Assembly (NCBI GenBank): GCA_035389045.1
Contig: DAOORA010000040.1
Span: 1-39,001, forward strand
DNA: 39,001 bases
Direction: 5' to 3'
Source: Bacteroidales bacterium
Lineage (GTDB): Bacteria > Bacteroidota > Bacteroidia > Bacteroidales > CAIWKO01
In this document: one piece after another, positions 29,621-38,885 of the stretch
Layout: every line of letters begins with the position of its first letter
How positions within the stretch are numbered: the stretch's first letter is position 1
The notes under the pieces: model-generated
Database searches by the model: none
The model's input: only the letters and a program-made list of their open reading frames with translations
Told to the model about the DNA's origin: nothing
Position numbers and translations under genes: made by a program

Positions 29621-30623
29621 GATTTTCACCGGATAAAAATTTAAAAAAATTATAAGTATCTGATAACGATTTCTTTATTTGAATATATGAAAAAGATAAC
29701 GCTTCTGTAAGTTTTTTATTTGAGTATACAGAAGTTTTTTGTGAGATTTCCGCTATGGTTTTATTAAAATCTGAGTCTTTTCCGGTAATAAAATCGTTTA
29801 CTGCGGTACATCTCCATGCCAGCCCGGTCAGGAAGCTACCTGCACGTCTGCCGGGTGCAGGTTTTCCAACCGTTTCAGCTATCAAAGCAAAAAATTCACG
29901 GTAGGTCAGATTCTCAGCAGAAACAACATAGGTCTCATTCTTTATATCGCTGTCCATCAATGAAATCATAGCACGGGCCACATCGCGCACATCAACATAT
30001 GCGCTGCTTCCGGCCGGATAATATTTAAATCCCTTCCGGATTTTATTGAACAATACACCCAATCCGCTGTCCGGCTTCGAAGGCCCGGTGATAACCGAAG
30101 GCCGTACTATAACGGTATCAAGTCCTTCAGCTGCACCACGCCATATTTCGAGTTCCGCTTTATATTTGCTGGTGGCATATGCAGAATGTTTTTCCTGTCT
30201 ATCCCACACAATAGTGTCACCGAGAAGCTCTTCATCTTCCGCAATAGCAATGGAACTCACATGGCATAATTTCTTTACACCCGCATCAATAGCTGTATTC
30301 ACAACATTTGCAGTGCCCTTAACATTGTTTACGGTAAGGGTTTTTGAGTTTTTATGTGAAAAACTCACGGTGGCAGCACAATGATATACTTGCTCCACAC
30401 CCTGCATTGCCTTTGACAGGCAGTGGATGTCCAGGATATCTCCTTCCACCCAATCGATACGGTCAAAAAGATGATCTTTATGGTAGAAAGAAAAAACAGT
30501 ACGGGTATAAGCCTGGTCGGCGGAAGATCGTTTTAAAGCCCTGATATTCAAATCTTTACTGGTACAAAGTTCTGTAAGCAGGTGCGCTCCTAAAAATCCT
30601 GTGCCTCCGGTAACAAGTATCAT
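29604..30623 (-). CDS. NAD-dependent epimerase/dehydratase (extended SDR)
   Basis: ILVTGGTGFLG, HCAA, YATSK (YxxxK), VDVRDVA. Start placed at the ATG at 30623. Confidence 0.92.
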   Translation of the reverse strand: MILVTGGTGFLGAHLLTELCTSKDLNIRALKRSSADQAYTRTVFSFYHKDHLFDRIDWVEGDILDIHCLSKAMQGVEQVYHCAATVSFSHKNSKTLTVNNVKGTANVVNTAIDAGVKKLCHVSSIAIAEDEELLGDTIVWDRQEKHSAYATSKYKAELEIWRGAAEGLDTVIVRPSVITGPSKPDSGLGVLFNKIRKGFKYYPAGSSAYVDVRDVARAMISLMDSDIKNETYVVSAENLTYREFFALIAETVGKPAPGRRAGSFLTGLAWRCTAVNDFITGKDSDFNKTIAEISQKTSVYSNKKLTEALSFSYIQIKKSLSDTYNFFKFLSGENHERRT

Positions 30624-30643
30624 AAATAAATATTCAATATGTG

Positions 30644-30682
30644 CAAAATTAGCATTAATAATCATAAAGTTTACTAATTTTG
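30644..30682. promoter_or_regulatory. Divergent -7 elements
   Basis: TAATTTTG on minus (30644-30651) and on plus (30675-30682). Confidence 0.55.
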
Positions 30683-30712
30683 TTTATTAAGCGTCACTGA
30701 ACGTTGGTAATA

Positions 30713-32506
30713 ATGTTTTACAAATTTTTCTTTTTTAGTTTTGTTTTCTTTATCCTGGTAAAAAGTTCATTTACGCAGATCATCCCTGCTGTTTCACGCG
30801 TTGACTGGAGCACGGCTGGTAACAGATTTTCCTTTCCGTCTGACGCCCCGGTAGTTAACATATTTTCTTTCGGCGGGATTTCCGATGGTGTCACTGATAA
30901 TCTTGCAGCCCTGAACAATGCTATGGCTTCTTTCGGCGGACACCCCGGCATTGTTTATTTTCCTGCCGGATCCTATCTTTTAACTTCGATGATTAGTGTG
31001 CCGGATTCTATCTGGCTGCGTGGCGCAGGTTCGGATTCCACCTTTATCAAAATAGCTCATAGTAGCATTGGTTTTTATTTCTCTGGCTCCGCCACAAATA
31101 GTTTTGCATATATCCTCTCAGGCTTCCAGAAAGGATCGCATAAGATACAGGTAAGCAATCCGGGATTATTTGCTGCCGGAAACTATTGCGAGATGCGTCA
31201 GGATAATGGAAGCTGGGATGTCGAACCGGCAAGTTGGGCAACTTACTCTGTAGGACAAATTGTACATATTGATTCCATAATCGGGGACACCCTGGTGCTG
31301 ACCGACGGCTTACATATCACCTTTGACACTTCACTGAACCTGCAGATACGAAAAATCTTACCCCGGAACGCATCAGGTATCTCATGTATAAATGTGGAAA
31401 GAACAGATAATTCAACCGAAAATTCCGGGTATAACTTTGGTTTTAATTATGCGGTAAACTGTGAGCTCCGCGGAATTGAAAGTAATAAAAGCCAGGGAAG
31501 CCATTGCATGATAGGATTAAGTTCTCATATTTCGGTCAGCGGATGCTATTTTCATGATGCTTTTCTTTACGACGGTAGCGGTACCAAGGGCTATGGGGTT
31601 ACGCTTAACAACCACGCCACCCTCTGCCTTGTGCATAACAACATTTTTAACCACCTCCGCCACGCCATGATGACCAAACACGGCGCCAACGGCAATGTTA
31701 TCGCTTATAACTATTCATGTAATCCATACAGGAACGGCACACTGGAATATCCGCAGGATTATTGCGGTGATATTTCGCTTCACGGGCATTATTCCTTTGC
31801 CAATCTTTTTGAAGGCAATATTGTGCAAACCATTTATATGGACCAGACCTGGGGACCGGCCGGGCCTTACAATACTTTTTTTCGCAACCGGGTGGAAAGG
31901 TACGGAATTGTAATGTCATCAGCATTAACAAACAACCAAAATTTGGTCGGTAATGAGATTACCGGAACAGGATTTACGTTTCCATTCTCGTGGGGGGCAT
32001 ATACGCTGACCGGAAGCGGTCATATTCAGCATGGGAACAACAGGAACGGGACCATAATCCCTACAGGAACAAACACCCTCGGGGATATTTCATATTACCT
32101 GGCCTCACAGCCCTTATTTTGGAATTTAAGCCAGCCCTGGCCGGATATTGGCATCCCCGGCATCCTGGGAGCCGGCACTATTCCGGCAAAAGAACATTAT
32201 ACGGCTGCGGAATACACCGATTGCAGCCAGCACAGCATCATCACTACTATTCCCCGGAATCATTCAAAAGAACTTACAGTATATCCCAATCCTACCACAG
32301 GCAAACTTTTTGTCATCCTCCCGGTTGAAAACACAAGTATTTATTTACAGGTCACAGATATGAAAGGAACAAAAGTAATTAGTGCCATTCCAGACGTTGG
32401 TAATTCCGGTTATGAGTTCGATGTTTCATGGTTGAAACCAGGAATATACTTGTTTCGCATAGAAACTGAAAAAGAAGTTTATACATATAAATTTATAAAA
32501 CAATAG
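30713..32506 (+). CDS. Secreted parallel beta-helix (pectate-lyase-3-like) protein with T9SS type A C-terminal sorting domain
   Basis: DWSTAG, FGGISDGVTDN, VYFPAGSY, LRGAG and Asn ladders. The CTD shows VYPNPTTG...LKPGIYL...YKFIKQ. Confidence 0.85.
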   Translation: MFYKFFFFSFVFFILVKSSFTQIIPAVSRVDWSTAGNRFSFPSDAPVVNIFSFGGISDGVTDNLAALNNAMASFGGHPGIVYFPAGSYLLTSMISVPDSIWLRGAGSDSTFIKIAHSSIGFYFSGSATNSFAYILSGFQKGSHKIQVSNPGLFAAGNYCEMRQDNGSWDVEPASWATYSVGQIVHIDSIIGDTLVLTDGLHITFDTSLNLQIRKILPRNASGISCINVERTDNSTENSGYNFGFNYAVNCELRGIESNKSQGSHCMIGLSSHISVSGCYFHDAFLYDGSGTKGYGVTLNNHATLCLVHNNIFNHLRHAMMTKHGANGNVIAYNYSCNPYRNGTLEYPQDYCGDISLHGHYSFANLFEGNIVQTIYMDQTWGPAGPYNTFFRNRVERYGIVMSSALTNNQNLVGNEITGTGFTFPFSWGAYTLTGSGHIQHGNNRNGTIIPTGTNTLGDISYYLASQPLFWNLSQPWPDIGIPGILGAGTIPAKEHYTAAEYTDCSQHSIITTIPRNHSKELTVYPNPTTGKLFVILPVENTSIYLQVTDMKGTKVISAIPDVGNSGYEFDVSWLKPGIYLFRIETEKEVYTYKFIKQ

Positions 32507-32523
32507 ATATTCACGACAATCTT

Positions 32524-33378
32524 TTACCGCCCCAATTTCATCTGCCGTTTCATTTCCGGGTCAAAAAGTTCAAGTTCCGGTTTTTTCTTTTTGTGTTTTT
32601 TATTTCTGAAACTCACGTTTAAATCCCACCAGATACTGTCACGTTTTTTTACACGTTTTGTTTTCTTATTAAAAACATATTGTTTAGTGAACACAGGTCT
32701 TCGTCCATGTCCAAAGGAACCGGCATCGGTATCTTTGGGACGGAACAAAGCAAACTTTTTGGTGACGCGTTTTTTCTTTGCACTAAAGCCAAAAGCGCCC
32801 TGATGTCTTTTTACCCTGACCTTAAAACTGCCGGATTCGCTGATGCGTTTGATACCGCTGAAAACGAGATGATTTCTGGATATGCTACCCTTTTTCCCCG
32901 GAAGGGTACTCCGTCCGGCAAAATGACGGTGTTTGGCTCCAAACGAACCGCTTTCCCGGTTTCTTTTTTGAGGCGCAAAAGCCAGAAAACTGCCTTTCGA
33001 CACCACACTGTTTTTCTTCTTGCTGAAACGGAAAAGTCCCGAAGTTCTTCTATATTTTGAGCCAAAACTGTCACGGGCACCCGAATGTCCGGCATATCCT
33101 CCTCCGGTTTTCTTCCCGGGTTTGGAAGAAAATGAATCCCGGCTGAAACCACCTCCCGTCCGGCTTTTTTTGGCTGAACTGAACGAATCGTTGAAGCGTC
33201 CTTTTTTCCGCGCAAACCCGAAATGCTTTTCAACCGTACGGTTACGGGTCTTGCTGAACTTAAACTGGGTCTTGTGCTTTATATCTTTAGGGATGAACGG
33301 ATCAACCAGGTTGCGATGGCAGGACTGCAACAATAATGAAACAAATAAAAAAAGAAGCAGCGCCTTATGATTTTTCAT
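32524..33378 (-). CDS. Hypothetical, extremely basic low-complexity lipoprotein
   Basis: ATG start, signal peptide with lipobox LQSC (Cys20), and an upstream TATTTTTG -7 element (33401-33408). Fills the gap between two clear genes. Confidence 0.7.
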   Translation of the reverse strand: MKNHKALLLFLFVSLLLQSCHRNLVDPFIPKDIKHKTQFKFSKTRNRTVEKHFGFARKKGRFNDSFSSAKKSRTGGGFSRDSFSSKPGKKTGGGYAGHSGARDSFGSKYRRTSGLFRFSKKKNSVVSKGSFLAFAPQKRNRESGSFGAKHRHFAGRSTLPGKKGSISRNHLVFSGIKRISESGSFKVRVKRHQGAFGFSAKKKRVTKKFALFRPKDTDAGSFGHGRRPVFTKQYVFNKKTKRVKKRDSIWWDLNVSFRNKKHKKKKPELELFDPEMKRQMKLGR

Positions 33379-33479
33379 GCAGTAATTTGAAAACCAGTTG
33401 CAAAAATAACTATTGCCTGTTTGTCAAAAAACATTTATTTTGTACCCGGAACATAAATAATATAAAATACATCAATCTA

Positions 33480-35627
33480 ATGAAAAAATTATTGCTGGTT
33501 TTTAGCTTTTTAGTCATTGCCCAAAGTACATTACGGGCTGACGAAGGCATGTGGCTTCCTATGTTTATCGACAGGTTGAATTACACTGATATGCAGAAAA
33601 TGGGGCTAAAACTCACACCCGAAGAGATTTACAGTGTGAATAATTCAAGTATTAAAGACGCCATAGTGTTGTTCGGACAGGGTTGCACCGGGGAGATGAT
33701 TTCCTCTCAGGGGCTGTTACTGACCAATCATCACTGCGGTTATGGCGCCATTCAATCAAAAAGCAGTGTGGAAAAAGATTATCTTACCCATGGTTTCTGG
33801 GCTATGAATTTCCGTGAAGAATTACCGATACCCGGGCTGGCCGTAAAATTCCTTGTCAGGATTGAAGACGTCACTCAAAAAATATTATCCCAGCTGCATC
33901 CTGAAGCAAGTGAAAAAACACGGATGGTCAGGATACAGGAACTAAGTGATAAAATTCAAAAAGAAGCTACTCAGGGTACGTCCTATGATGCCGTGGTCAA
34001 AAGTTTTTTCGAGGGAAACGAATTCTATCTCATTGTCTATCAAACCTATAAGGATATCCGTTTAGCCGGCGCGCCACCATCGTCCATCGGACGGTTTGGA
34101 GCAGATACCGATAACTGGATGTGGCCCCGTCATAAAGCCGATTTTTGTTTATTCCGTGTATATTCGGCGCCGGATGGCTCTCCTGCCGCCTATTCCGAAC
34201 AAAATATTCCCATGAAACCCAAACATTCACTGCCCGTTTCCGTCAAAGGGGTAAAAAACGGCGATTTCACGATGATCCTGGGTTATCCCGGAACCACCGA
34301 ACGATACCTCACTTCATACGGAATCGAAATGTATGTCAATCAATCGTATCCTGCACGCATCAAAGCCCGTGAAAAAAAACTCGCCATTATGCGCGAAGAT
34401 ATGGACGCAGGTCCTGATGTACGGATAAAATATTCTTCAAAATATGCGGCTATTTCCAACTACTATAAGAATTTCATCGGAACTGTGAAATCGTTGAACC
34501 GACTGAAAGTAGCCGATAAAAAAAGACAACTTGAAGAGCAGTTGGAAACCTGGATTTCGGCCGATAGTACCCATGTTGAAAAGTATGGTAAAGCGCTTCA
34601 GACTATTAAAGAGGCATATGCCGGATTACAGAAAACAAACCTGGCACGTATTTATTTTTCGGAATCCATCGGAGGCTGCGAAGCATTGTCTTTCTCAAGA
34701 AGGTTTAACAGTCTGATGATTTTACTTAAAGAGAACCCTTCTGATACCAATAAACGGAACAGCAAGATCAGCGAACTGAGATCCTATGCAGATAACTTTT
34801 ACAAGGATTATAACAAAGCAACCGATCAGAAGCTCACCGCTGCCATGCTAAAAATGTTCTACGATAATGTCCCTGTGGAACAACAACCCCGATACTTTCT
34901 GAAACTGGTGTCCGACAACAAAAACAATTTTGATAAACTTAGTGCATCATTATTTTCAAAAACAATTTTCGGTGATCCCGGCAGAGTGAACAAATTCCTG
35001 AATAAACCGGACAAAAAAGTACTTGAATCGGATGCGATGTTAATTCTTATCAATGCTTTTATTAATAAAAACAATGATATAACAAGCATCTGGGACCTAT
35101 CCAACGAAAAGCTGTCAGAAGGAAAGCGTCTTCTGGTGGCCGGGTTGCGCGAGATGATGCCCGAAAAGATATTCTACCCGGATGCAAACCAGACCATGCG
35201 CCTGACCTATGGTAAAGTCCAGGATTATTTTCCTGCTGATGCTGTTCGTTATAATTATTTTACCACACTCGAAGGCGTAATGCAGAAGGAAGACTCTTCC
35301 AACTGGGAGTTTATTGTACCCGAAGGCCTGAAAGAACTTTATAAAAATAAAGATTTTGGAATTTATGCAGAAAACGGAGAAATGAAGGTTAATTTCATCA
35401 GCAATACGGATATTACCGGGGGTAATTCGGGAAGCCCTGTCCTGGATGCCAACGGATACCTGATCGGGCTGGCTTTCGACGGCAACTGGGAGGCTATGAG
35501 CGGCAACATTCTTTTTGAGCCCGAATTACAAAGAACCATCAATGTGGATATCCGTTATGTATTATTTATTATCGATAAATATGCAGGTGCAAAAAATCTG
35601 ATCGATGAAATGAATATTATTCAATAA
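33480..35627 (+). CDS. S46 family dipeptidyl peptidase, DPP7 type
   Basis: RA-DEGMW mature start, TNHHC, DNWMWPRH, TGGNSGSPV. FDGNWE has Gly (DPP7-like) where DPP11 has Arg. Start placed at the ATG at 33480. Confidence 0.93.
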   Translation: MKKLLLVFSFLVIAQSTLRADEGMWLPMFIDRLNYTDMQKMGLKLTPEEIYSVNNSSIKDAIVLFGQGCTGEMISSQGLLLTNHHCGYGAIQSKSSVEKDYLTHGFWAMNFREELPIPGLAVKFLVRIEDVTQKILSQLHPEASEKTRMVRIQELSDKIQKEATQGTSYDAVVKSFFEGNEFYLIVYQTYKDIRLAGAPPSSIGRFGADTDNWMWPRHKADFCLFRVYSAPDGSPAAYSEQNIPMKPKHSLPVSVKGVKNGDFTMILGYPGTTERYLTSYGIEMYVNQSYPARIKAREKKLAIMREDMDAGPDVRIKYSSKYAAISNYYKNFIGTVKSLNRLKVADKKRQLEEQLETWISADSTHVEKYGKALQTIKEAYAGLQKTNLARIYFSESIGGCEALSFSRRFNSLMILLKENPSDTNKRNSKISELRSYADNFYKDYNKATDQKLTAAMLKMFYDNVPVEQQPRYFLKLVSDNKNNFDKLSASLFSKTIFGDPGRVNKFLNKPDKKVLESDAMLILINAFINKNNDITSIWDLSNEKLSEGKRLLVAGLREMMPEKIFYPDANQTMRLTYGKVQDYFPADAVRYNYFTTLEGVMQKEDSSNWEFIVPEGLKELYKNKDFGIYAENGEMKVNFISNTDITGGNSGSPVLDANGYLIGLAFDGNWEAMSGNILFEPELQRTINVDIRYVLFIIDKYAGAKNLIDEMNIIQ

Positions 35628-35699
35628 ACAATACCAATGAGCCGTAATTGATTTAAGCTGATGTTTTCATCATCATATCCGCAAAGCTAAAGAAGGATC

Positions 35700-37607
35700 A
35701 TGGCAAAAAAGCAGGTACAAAAAAGGTCGACGCCCATCCGTAAAATCCCTGAGCTGCAGCAACAGCCCGGCAGGGCAGATTATGCGGGCAAAACCTCTGC
35801 ATTCTTCAATAAAACGCCGCTTATCCTCCTGATCATTATTTTGGCCTGTATCACTGTTTATTACCGTACGCTATCTTATGACTATACACATTATGATGAT
35901 GATATCATGATACTAAACAACCTGGCGTTCCTGAAAGACCTCTCCAATCTCCCGGAAGCCATCGTCCTCGATGCCTGGTTCATGCATAAAGGCATTGAAC
36001 TGTACCGGCCTTTGCAGAATATTTCATACATGATGGATGCCCAGATAGGTAATGATATCATTTTTTCAACACATCTGACAAATTTAGTACTTCATATTCT
36101 TTGTTGCATTGCCATTTTCTTCCTCCTGACACAGTTAAAATTTGATCGTAAATACGCTTTCCTTGGCGCACTCGTTTATGCGGTTCACTATCTTTTTCTC
36201 CACGCCGTTATATGGATCCCTGCACGAGGCGACCTGCTCCTTTCGCTCTTTTCTTTCCTGTCTATGCTCACATTCCTGCTGCTTATACGCACAGATAAGT
36301 GGTATTACTATGCTTTAAATATTATTGCATTCTCCCTGGCCATGTTTTCAAAAGAAACAGCCATCATGCTGCCCCTCTTGTTTATTATCTACCTGTTACT
36401 TTTCCTCCGGAAAAGCTTTTTCAGAAAAAAACACCTGATCCTGGCAGGGTTTTATGCGTTAAGTATTATCGCATTTTATTACCTGCGGGAATTATCTGTC
36501 ATTAAAAAAGACCAGACAGGAATTGGTAATTTCTTTCTTAACCTGCAAACCATTCCTGAAGTCATCCAGAAATTCTTTGTCCCGGTAAATTTCTGTACAA
36601 TGCCTGCTTTCAACACTACGGCAACCATAATTGGAATGATGATCATTGCCGGATTTGTACTATTATTTATTTTCCGGAAAAAGCTATATAACCCACTGAT
36701 AATGTTCTCCCTACTCTGGTTCATCTGTTTTCTCCTGCCGGGTATGATCTATCGCCCGGATTTCACCGATTTTTCTTACGAATATCTTGATCACCGTGAT
36801 TATCTCCCATCTTTAGGGATACTTATGATCCTTTTAAGTCTTGTTCAGGGTCATGAAATCCGATCAAAAAATGCATTTGCCGGTAAGCTAATCCTTTTTG
36901 GCTCCTTGCTGGTATTGATTTACCTTGGTTTTTTGAACTTTATGCTGAACGGTATATATAAAAATGCCGTCCGATATTCCGAATCGGCCATCACGCATAA
37001 TCCCAGCTGCGCACAAGGTTATTTTATCCACGGTTGTGAAATGGAGAAAGCTAAACAAGAAGATGCAGCCCTGGCTGATTTCAGCAATGCGGTCAAATAC
37101 CACCCCAATTTGTTTGAAGCGCGTTACAACAGGGCCGCCATATTGTACAAGAAAAAAGAATATAAAAAAACGCTCGGCGACCTTGATTATATCATTAATT
37201 ATAAACCCGGCTATGGTTACGATGCTTATTCCTTACGGGGAGCCGTAAGAAGCAATGTGGGCGATTACGAAGGCGCTGAAAAAGATTTCCAGACAGCATT
37301 ACAGCTAAGACCTGATTATCCTGAAGCAAAAAACAATTTAGATGCTGTTAAAAAAATTCTGGGAAATTTACCTGGGAAATTTAATGAAGATGGGTTGAAC
37401 TACGCTAAAAACGGCAACTACCAGGAAGCATTGAAATCATTTGAGAATGCATATACCAAAGACACTGCCAACTACAACACACTGCTCAACATCGGAAACT
37501 GCAAACTGGCCCTGGGTAATCTTACCGGAGCCTGTGAGGACTGGAAAAAAGCGGCAAGACGCGGAGCCCCGGGCGCACAGGAAATGATCAATCATTATTG
37601 TAAATGA
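35700..37607 (+). CDS. TMTC-like GT-C fold membrane glycosyltransferase with C-terminal TPRs
   Basis: YDDD after TM1, YRPL, NLVLH, WIPARGDLL, SKETA, DHRDYLPS, about 11 TM helices, then TPR repeats. Confidence 0.8.
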   Translation: MAKKQVQKRSTPIRKIPELQQQPGRADYAGKTSAFFNKTPLILLIIILACITVYYRTLSYDYTHYDDDIMILNNLAFLKDLSNLPEAIVLDAWFMHKGIELYRPLQNISYMMDAQIGNDIIFSTHLTNLVLHILCCIAIFFLLTQLKFDRKYAFLGALVYAVHYLFLHAVIWIPARGDLLLSLFSFLSMLTFLLLIRTDKWYYYALNIIAFSLAMFSKETAIMLPLLFIIYLLLFLRKSFFRKKHLILAGFYALSIIAFYYLRELSVIKKDQTGIGNFFLNLQTIPEVIQKFFVPVNFCTMPAFNTTATIIGMMIIAGFVLLFIFRKKLYNPLIMFSLLWFICFLLPGMIYRPDFTDFSYEYLDHRDYLPSLGILMILLSLVQGHEIRSKNAFAGKLILFGSLLVLIYLGFLNFMLNGIYKNAVRYSESAITHNPSCAQGYFIHGCEMEKAKQEDAALADFSNAVKYHPNLFEARYNRAAILYKKKEYKKTLGDLDYIINYKPGYGYDAYSLRGAVRSNVGDYEGAEKDFQTALQLRPDYPEAKNNLDAVKKILGNLPGKFNEDGLNYAKNGNYQEALKSFENAYTKDTANYNTLLNIGNCKLALGNLTGACEDWKKAARRGAPGAQEMINHYCK

Positions 37608-37677
37608 TATATAATAATAAAAATATTTATATAAAGATAAGATTCAAAGCAATTTATAACCCTTAAATAAAAAAAAC

Positions 37678-38688
37678 ATGTTCGATTCATCACACTTCCA
37701 CCCCATGATTGTGCACTTTCCGGTTGCACTCATAATGATCGGTTTTCTGGCCGATGTACTCAGTCTTTTCTTTAACAAAAAAGAGCCATGCTTGTCAAAA
37801 GCAGGGTTTTATTTGATGATACTTGGCACGCTGGCTGCTGTTGCCGGATATTTGACAGGGGAATTCTTCACGGCTGATCTTACCGGCGCTGCCGGAGAAC
37901 TTAAGGAAAGACATGAGGTTTTTGCAAAGATCACCATGTACGTGATGATAGCGGCATGTCTGATTAGGATCTACCTTGTATGGAGAAAGAAGATCAACAG
38001 CGGCCTTAAATGGCTCGTGTTTTTTCTGTACCTGATTGCCACATGCACGGTAGGTTATACAGGTCTTCTAGGAGGAACGATTGTTTACAATCACATGATC
38101 GGATTTGAATCCGCTCCCGGCGAACAAACTGTTGCCGTTTCAAATAAAACTGTTGACAACCTGAAAACGGCTCTTCAGGGAGAAACCACCGCCTCGGCAA
38201 AATATGCCGCCTTCGCACAAAAGGCCAATGAAGAAGGCCTTCCGCAAATTGCAGCACTGTTCAGCGCTGCATCAAAAGCAGAAAGCATACATGCCTCCAA
38301 TCACAAAACTGTTCTTGAAAATCTCGGACATCAAGCAGATGTTCAGACTGAAACAGTTTCCGTTGGCACAACCCTGGAAAATCTCCAATCGGCAATCGAT
38401 GGAGAAACCGGTGAAACGGAGTCAATATACACCAATTTTATGGACCAGGCAAAAACAGATAATGATAACGATGCTGTAAAATCATTCAGTTGGACACTTG
38501 ATACGAAATTTAAACAACTGGAACTTTACCAGGCGGCTTCCGATGCCTTAAAGTCGAAAAAAGAAAAATCATTGCCTGACGAATATTACGTCTGCCCAAA
38601 ATGTGGTTTTACCTATTCATCCGAAGAAGTTGAAGACTACTGTGAGTTGTGTGGAACAGAAAAAGAAAAATATTTCATTTTTAAATAA
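37678..38688 (+). CDS. DUF2231 membrane domain fused to rubrerythrin (ferritin-like plus rubredoxin-like domain)
   Basis: HPMIVHFPVAL, ERHE and four TM helices, then NLKTALQGE...AESIHA...TLENLQSAIDGETGE and CPKCG...CELCG. Confidence 0.85.
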   Translation: MFDSSHFHPMIVHFPVALIMIGFLADVLSLFFNKKEPCLSKAGFYLMILGTLAAVAGYLTGEFFTADLTGAAGELKERHEVFAKITMYVMIAACLIRIYLVWRKKINSGLKWLVFFLYLIATCTVGYTGLLGGTIVYNHMIGFESAPGEQTVAVSNKTVDNLKTALQGETTASAKYAAFAQKANEEGLPQIAALFSAASKAESIHASNHKTVLENLGHQADVQTETVSVGTTLENLQSAIDGETGETESIYTNFMDQAKTDNDNDAVKSFSWTLDTKFKQLELYQAASDALKSKKEKSLPDEYYVCPKCGFTYSSEEVEDYCELCGTEKEKYFIFK

Positions 38689-38761
38689 ATAATCATATAA
38701 CTCAGACAGATTGCATAATGAATAAAGGTTGTTTCAAAAGCCATTTTTTATTAATTTATTA

Positions 38762-38885
38762 CGCTGTGGCGCTCTGTGCCATCTCTGTGAACCCTGCCTG
38801 AATAACTTCAGTCAGGCAGACTCTGTGTAATAGTGAAATAAAAACTACACAGAGCGACACTGAAGAAACACAGAGTTACACAGAG
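38762..38885. repeat. CTCTGTG/CACAGAG inverted repeat array with an inserted palindrome
   Basis: CTCTGTG at 38772, 38783 and 38821 (variant at 38762). CACAGAG at 38848, 38869 and 38879. CTGCCTGA..TCAGGCAG at 38794-38819. Confidence 0.8.

Noticed and set aside
32591..33370. Plus-strand ORFs (70, 126 and 116 aa) as the real genes of this interval
   Set aside because: They are fragmentary with weak starts, whereas the minus-strand ORF has an ATG, a lipobox and a promoter element.
33336..33479. N-terminal extension of the S46 ORF overlapping the basic lipoprotein gene
   Set aside because: The signal peptide and DEGMW motif place the real start at 33480. Similar over-long starts were trimmed for tyrS, pssA, the TlpA gene and the SDR.
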